Shown here: positions 28,643 through 32,000 of the stretch, in pieces
Layout: every line of letters begins with the position of its first letter
How positions within the stretch are numbered: the stretch's first letter is position 1
NCBI GenBank assembly: GCA_963769305.1
Contig: CAVYLJ010000041.1
Span: 30,082 to 62,081, forward strand
Reading direction: 5' to 3'
DNA: 32,000 nt
Source: an uncultured delta proteobacterium
GTDB taxonomy: Bacteria; Desulfobacterota; RBG-13-43-22
Made by a program: the position numbers and the translations under genes
The notes under the pieces: generated by a model
What the model saw: only the letters and a program-made list of their open reading frames with translations
Database searches by the model: none
What the model was told of the DNA's origin: nothing

Positions 28643-28776
28643 TTCAAATCCCTGTCAAGTAAAAAATAAAAAGGCGAAAAACAATCCCTTGGTTTCTTGG
28701 TCCAGATCATCCTTTGGACTTAATTTTTGCTTGACAATTTACATGGATTAAACTATATTACCATATACTTATTAAG
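28643..28776 (+). repeat. Direct repeat copy 2 (about 134 bp) carrying the same promoter (28731-28736) and operator (28751-28770), driving ORF 28789
   Basis: Near-identical to 28423-28558 and followed by AAGGAG plus an ATG. Confidence 0.85.
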
Positions 28777-28788
28777 GAGAGATCACCC

Positions 28789-28941
28789 ATGGTATTGACG
28801 ATTCGGCAAGATGAATTTCAGTTGATGAAGATGGTTGTACTGGATAAGGATCAGGATGAGGCCCTTCGCCTGATAAAACAATTTGTGGCCCGTTTGGAGC
28901 AACAGGACAACCAGGGCCTGAAATCCCATCTGGACAGGTGA
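28789..28941 (+). CDS. 50-aa hypothetical protein
   Basis: [50 protein letters not shown], with AGGAG 9 nt upstream. It is below the size cutoff of the ORF track. Confidence 0.5.
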   Translation: MVLTIRQDEFQLMKMVVLDKDQDEALRLIKQFVARLEQQDNQGLKSHLDR

Positions 28942-28948
28942 AACCGCA

Positions 28949-29298
28949 GTGGACCGACAATCCTCCTGTCAAATCCTGGAAATTCCCGTCGGGGCGACTG
29001 AAAAGGAAATCCGCAAGGCCTATCGCCGACTTGGCCATGAAATATCATCCGGACCGGAATCCGGGAGACCCTGAAGCGGCGGAAAAATTCAAGGAAGTGC
29101 AAAACGGCCTATGAAACGCTTTCGGGAGGAAAGCGGCTGAAAGAGAATCGACAGAATGCCCCCACTCGGTGGCGAGATGAAGGTTCCTATCAAGATTTAA
29201 CTGACCCGTTCTTAGGGTTTTACGTGGCTATGAAAGCGCATTTCCTTAAAGATCAAGAAGGCCAACCTTCTTCCAAGAAGAAAAGGAGCCGAAGGTGA
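28949..29298 (+). pseudogene. J-domain (DnaJ-like) protein with two +1 frame breaks (near 29027 and 29105)
   Basis: Three successive frames read [20 protein letters not shown], then [25 protein letters not shown] (HPD motif), then [15 protein letters not shown]...SSKKKRSRR. The start is uncertain: either the GTG at 28949 or a fusion to ORF 28789. Confidence 0.7.
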
Positions 29299-29368
29299 AG
29301 GCATTTTCGGGATATCCCATAGCTTGCCTGCCGGACCGATCAATAAAAAACAATCGTGGAGGTATAAT

Positions 29369-29692
29369 ATGCCACAGAATAAAGAGGACCTATTAGAGCC
29401 TGAAGAGAAGGGATGAAAGGGGGGCTGAGTCCCTGAACCGCCAACAGTTGGTTGGCGTGTACTGACTTTTGTTGATGACACACAGGTCCGCGTCAAGGGT
29501 CTGGACGAAATACTGGCCGACCTTTACGCTGAAGGCAGGCAACCGGATGACAAAACGGTCGAGGAGATCATTAGCAGATTGGAAGCCAATAAGAACTATA
29601 TCCCCTCTTCGGACCGTACCCGTAAAGAGTACGCGTATGTCCTGCTGAAGGAGTACCGAATGTTTGTTGCGAGCCGAGCCAAAGAGAGATAG
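29369..29692 (+). pseudogene. Hypothetical protein ORF with two in-frame TGA codons (29414-29416, 29426-29428)
   Basis: GGAGG plus an ATG gives MPQNKEDLLEPEEKG-TGA-KGG-TGA-VPEPPTVGWRVLTFVDDTQVRVKGLDEILADLYAEGRQPDDKTVEEIISRLEANKNYIPSSDRTRKEYAYVLLKEYRMFVASRAKER, all in one frame. Confidence 0.5.
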
Positions 29693-29706
29693 AAGGAGAA
29701 CCTTTC

Positions 29707-29799
29707 ATATCCGGCCAGATCAAACCGATCAGCTACCTGAAGGCCCACGCCGCAGCAATTGTTCGAAATATGGAGGAGCAACGGGGGTCCGCTCGTTAA
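29707..29799 (+). pseudogene. Remnant (first about 30 codons) of a Phd/YefM-type antitoxin
   Basis: AGGAG, 8 nt, then ATA (not ATG). SGQIKPISYLKAHAAAIVRNMEEQRG matches the antitoxin N-terminus, then the ORF ends abruptly. No toxin gene follows. Confidence 0.45.
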
Positions 29800-30015
29800 C
29801 TATATAGTCATTAGGTTAATGCAAAGGAACGCCTTGTCAAGAAAAACTTAGCTTCTCCATCATTCACTTTTCTCATACCGCATGCTTCCCCTTCAGCCTG
29901 TTTGGGACCCCGCTTACCCTGGGGCTTGATCAATAATATATACAAACAGGTATCAAAGAAAGGACATCGGCAGGACCCCGAAGCGGCCTTCAGGATCAAT
30001 CCCAGCAGCTTGAGG

Positions 30016-31509
30016 CTAAGGTTCTCTGCCGCTGGTATCCATCACCGGCCAGCCGCCTCCCAGTGATTTGATCAGGGCCACAGCCGCCACCAGTTGCTGA
30101 CCGCGCAGGCGCATGCCGGATCGCTCGATCCCGAGCGTGGTATTCTGCGCCGTCGCCACTTCCAGATAAGTCACCAGGCCTGCGTCGTAACGATTGTTGG
30201 CGATTTCCAGTTGCCGGCGCGCGGCCTTCGATGCGGCCATTACCTCCTCGTATTGGCTGGCCAGCAGATACTCGGCCGCCAGGTTGTTTTCGACATCGGC
30301 AAAAGCGGTCAGCACGGTTTGGCGGTAGCGGGCCACCGTTTCCTCATAGGCCGCTTTGGCCTGGCGAAGGTTGGCGGTGAGCTGACCGCCCTGGAACAAT
30401 GGCAGCGTCAAAGATGGCCCCACGGCCCAGAACTGGCTCGGCCAACTGAGCAGGGTGCTCATATTTCTGTTGGCGCTCAAATCCCCGCTCCAGAATCCTG
30501 CCTGACCGCTGAGCTTGATGGTCGGGAAAAATGCCGCCGTGGCCACGCCGATGTTGGCATTGGCGGCGGCCATGCGCCGTTCGGCGGCGGCGATGTCGGG
30601 CCTCCGTTCGAGCAGTTCCGAGGGCAAGTCGGTTGGAACAACGAGGGGTTCCAAGGCCAGCGGTCGCTCCGCCAGGCGGAAAAGGGAGGCGTTCTTTCCG
30701 GTCAGGACAGCCAAGGCGTGCTCGAACCTGGCCCGCTGCAGTGCGTTATCCGGCAGTTGAGCCTCGGCGGTTTTAAGGATGGTTTCCGCCTGAGCCACAT
30801 CCAGGTCGGAGACCATGCCCCCGGCTCTGCGGTTGCGGACCAGTGCGAGCGACTTGCGGTAGACTTCGATGCTCGAAAGGAGCAGGGCCTTGTCGGCATC
30901 GAGGGCGCGAATCGTGAAATAGTCGGCGGCCACTTCGGCCTGGATGGCCAGTCTGACCGACTCGACATCGTCGGCAACGGCCTGCACTTGAGCCGTCGCC
31001 GATTCGACGGTACGCCGCACCCGCCCCCAGAGGTCGAACTCATAGCTCAAGTCAAAGGGCAAGATGAACGTGTCGTAGGTCTGGCCGGGCTTGCCCCCAA
31101 CGGGTCGGTTTTCGGAGTCGTGCTGCTCGATCGGATAAAAAGAGGCGCTCAGACGGGGGAAAAGACCGGAGCGCGCCACATCAACCACGGCCCGGGCCTG
31201 GTTGAAGCGGGCGTAAGCCGCCTTGAGGTCCTGATTGGCCTCTGTGGCCTCGGTTTCCAGGCGACTCAGTTCAGGGTCGCCGAAAATTTCCCACCAGTTG
31301 CCCTTGGGCAGGTGGGCCTGGGGCACGGCCACTTTCCATTCATCGGAGACACCGGTATAAGCTGCGGGGATTGTGGTGGCTTCGGGGCGTTGGTAGTTCG
31401 GGCCGACCGTACAACCGCTCATCACCATGGCTATCACCAACAGCACCGGGAAGGCGCGGATACGGCAACTTCTCGAAAAAAGGCGAACAGACCGTGGCGT
31501 CATCTTCAT
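30016..31509 (-). CDS. NodT-family outer membrane efflux lipoprotein
   Basis: Lipobox VMSGCTVGPNYQRPE is the classic NodT N-terminus. The 497-aa ORF is intact, with high GC. Its start overlaps the upstream adaptor stop (ATGA). Confidence 0.9.
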   Translation of the reverse strand: MKMTPRSVRLFSRSCRIRAFPVLLVIAMVMSGCTVGPNYQRPEATTIPAAYTGVSDEWKVAVPQAHLPKGNWWEIFGDPELSRLETEATEANQDLKAAYARFNQARAVVDVARSGLFPRLSASFYPIEQHDSENRPVGGKPGQTYDTFILPFDLSYEFDLWGRVRRTVESATAQVQAVADDVESVRLAIQAEVAADYFTIRALDADKALLLSSIEVYRKSLALVRNRRAGGMVSDLDVAQAETILKTAEAQLPDNALQRARFEHALAVLTGKNASLFRLAERPLALEPLVVPTDLPSELLERRPDIAAAERRMAAANANIGVATAAFFPTIKLSGQAGFWSGDLSANRNMSTLLSWPSQFWAVGPSLTLPLFQGGQLTANLRQAKAAYEETVARYRQTVLTAFADVENNLAAEYLLASQYEEVMAASKAARRQLEIANNRYDAGLVTYLEVATAQNTTLGIERSGMRLRGQQLVAAVALIKSLGGGWPVMDTSGREP

Positions 31510-32000
31510 TGGGCTTTCTCCTTTTTGGCAGATGGGGCAACGGACACCGTGGCGCCGGACGCAAGCGAGTCTCCGGGGTTCACGATGACCCGGTCCTTGG
31601 GACTCACGCCGGCCAGTATCTCAATCGTCTGCCCGAAATCGCGTCCGAGCTTTACTGTGCGCAGCTCGACCTTGCCGTTGGACTGTACGATGCCCACCTG
31701 CGGTCCTTCCGGGCGGAATAAAATCGTGTTCGCCGGAAGCGTCAGGGCCGCCTCCATCTTCGCCTCGGTGAAGCGCACCTGGGCATAGCCGCCCGCCAGG
31801 ACCTCCTCCTTCGGGTTGTCCAGCTCAAGCTCCACCAGGAGGGTCCTGGAATCCGAAGCGATCACGCCCGCCGTGCGGATCACCCTGGGCTTGAAGATCC
31901 GGTCGGGAAGTTCCGAAAGGGTCATTTCAGCGGTCTGGCCGGTTCGGATGCTTCGGGCCATGGCCTGGGGGACCTGCACGAATACGCGAAGCTTCGTGGT
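31506..32000 (-). CDS. Efflux periplasmic adaptor subunit, C-terminal part (gene continues beyond the window)
   Basis: ...LPANTILFRPEGPQVGIVQSNGKVELRTVKLGRDFGQTIEILAGVSPKDRVIVNPGDSL is a typical membrane-proximal / beta-barrel end of an RND or MacA-type MFP. Confidence 0.8.
   Translation of the reverse strand, partial: TTKLRVFVQVPQAMARSIRTGQTAEMTLSELPDRIFKPRVIRTAGVIASDSRTLLVELELDNPKEEVLAGGYAQVRFTEAKMEAALTLPANTILFRPEGPQVGIVQSNGKVELRTVKLGRDFGQTIEILAGVSPKDRVIVNPGDSLASGATVSVAPSAKKEKAQ

Noticed and set aside
28423-28776. CRISPR-like array
   Set aside because: There are only two copies of a 135-bp unit, each containing a promoter. There is no short-repeat/spacer periodicity and there are no cas genes.
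21879-29428. Genome-wide UGA reassignment (UGA read as Gly or Trp) as the explanation for the three in-frame UGAs
   Set aside because: UGA terminates the RND gene directly before the lipoprotein start. It also forms ATGA stop/start overlaps at 26597-26600 and 31506-31509, and it ends ORF 16392 at the point where the paralog alignment ends. The gene content (LptD, normal GC) does not fit the known recoded lineages.
30094-31788. 564-aa plus-strand ORF
   Set aside because: It lies antisense to the clearly recognisable NodT OMF and adaptor genes in a very GC-rich stretch. Its Arg/Gly/Pro-rich composition is typical of shadow ORFs.

Overview
About 50% GC by eye. This is a chromosomal segment from a Gram-negative bacterium (LptD and TolC-like factors are present). 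The sulfur and thiol gene content suggests an anaerobic sulfur-cycling lineage such as Desulfobacterota or Nitrospirota, but that is a guess. Left third, minus strand: a housekeeping run of uvrD/pcrA, folC, lptD, xerC, hslV, hslU. Middle, plus strand: a five-gene YedE/TusA/DsrE-like sulfur-trafficking cluster; a secreted TPR/Pro-rich protein ending in Cys; a periplasmic rhodanese; then an ArsR-associated metal/thiol block (ArsP-like permease, ArsR, CDF exporter, small thioredoxin, two thioredoxin fusions with a long N-terminal domain, a short periplasmic thioredoxin, CcdA), a decayed MFS gene and a DUF486 gene. Right third: an accessory region of mosaic composition. It holds a heavy-metal RND operon (OMF-MFP-RND-lipoprotein), a stretch of small or degenerate genes behind a tandemly duplicated promoter module, and the end of a second efflux operon (MFP-NodT OMF). 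Main observations: (1) A family of hairpin elements is built from tandem 7-8-mers, and one 220-bp copy sits in frame inside folC. (2) I traced at least 16 reading-frame breaks by hand, 14 of them +1. They hit even lptD and xerC, so the sequence probably carries single-base insertion errors and every pseudogene call here is provisional. (3) One promoter/operator module recurs at the permease gene and twice in the accessory region. (4) In-frame UGA codons occur in two otherwise continuous ORFs. No rRNA, tRNA, CRISPR array, transposase or recognisable defence gene was seen. Coordinates of small features located by hand may be off by 1-2 nt.
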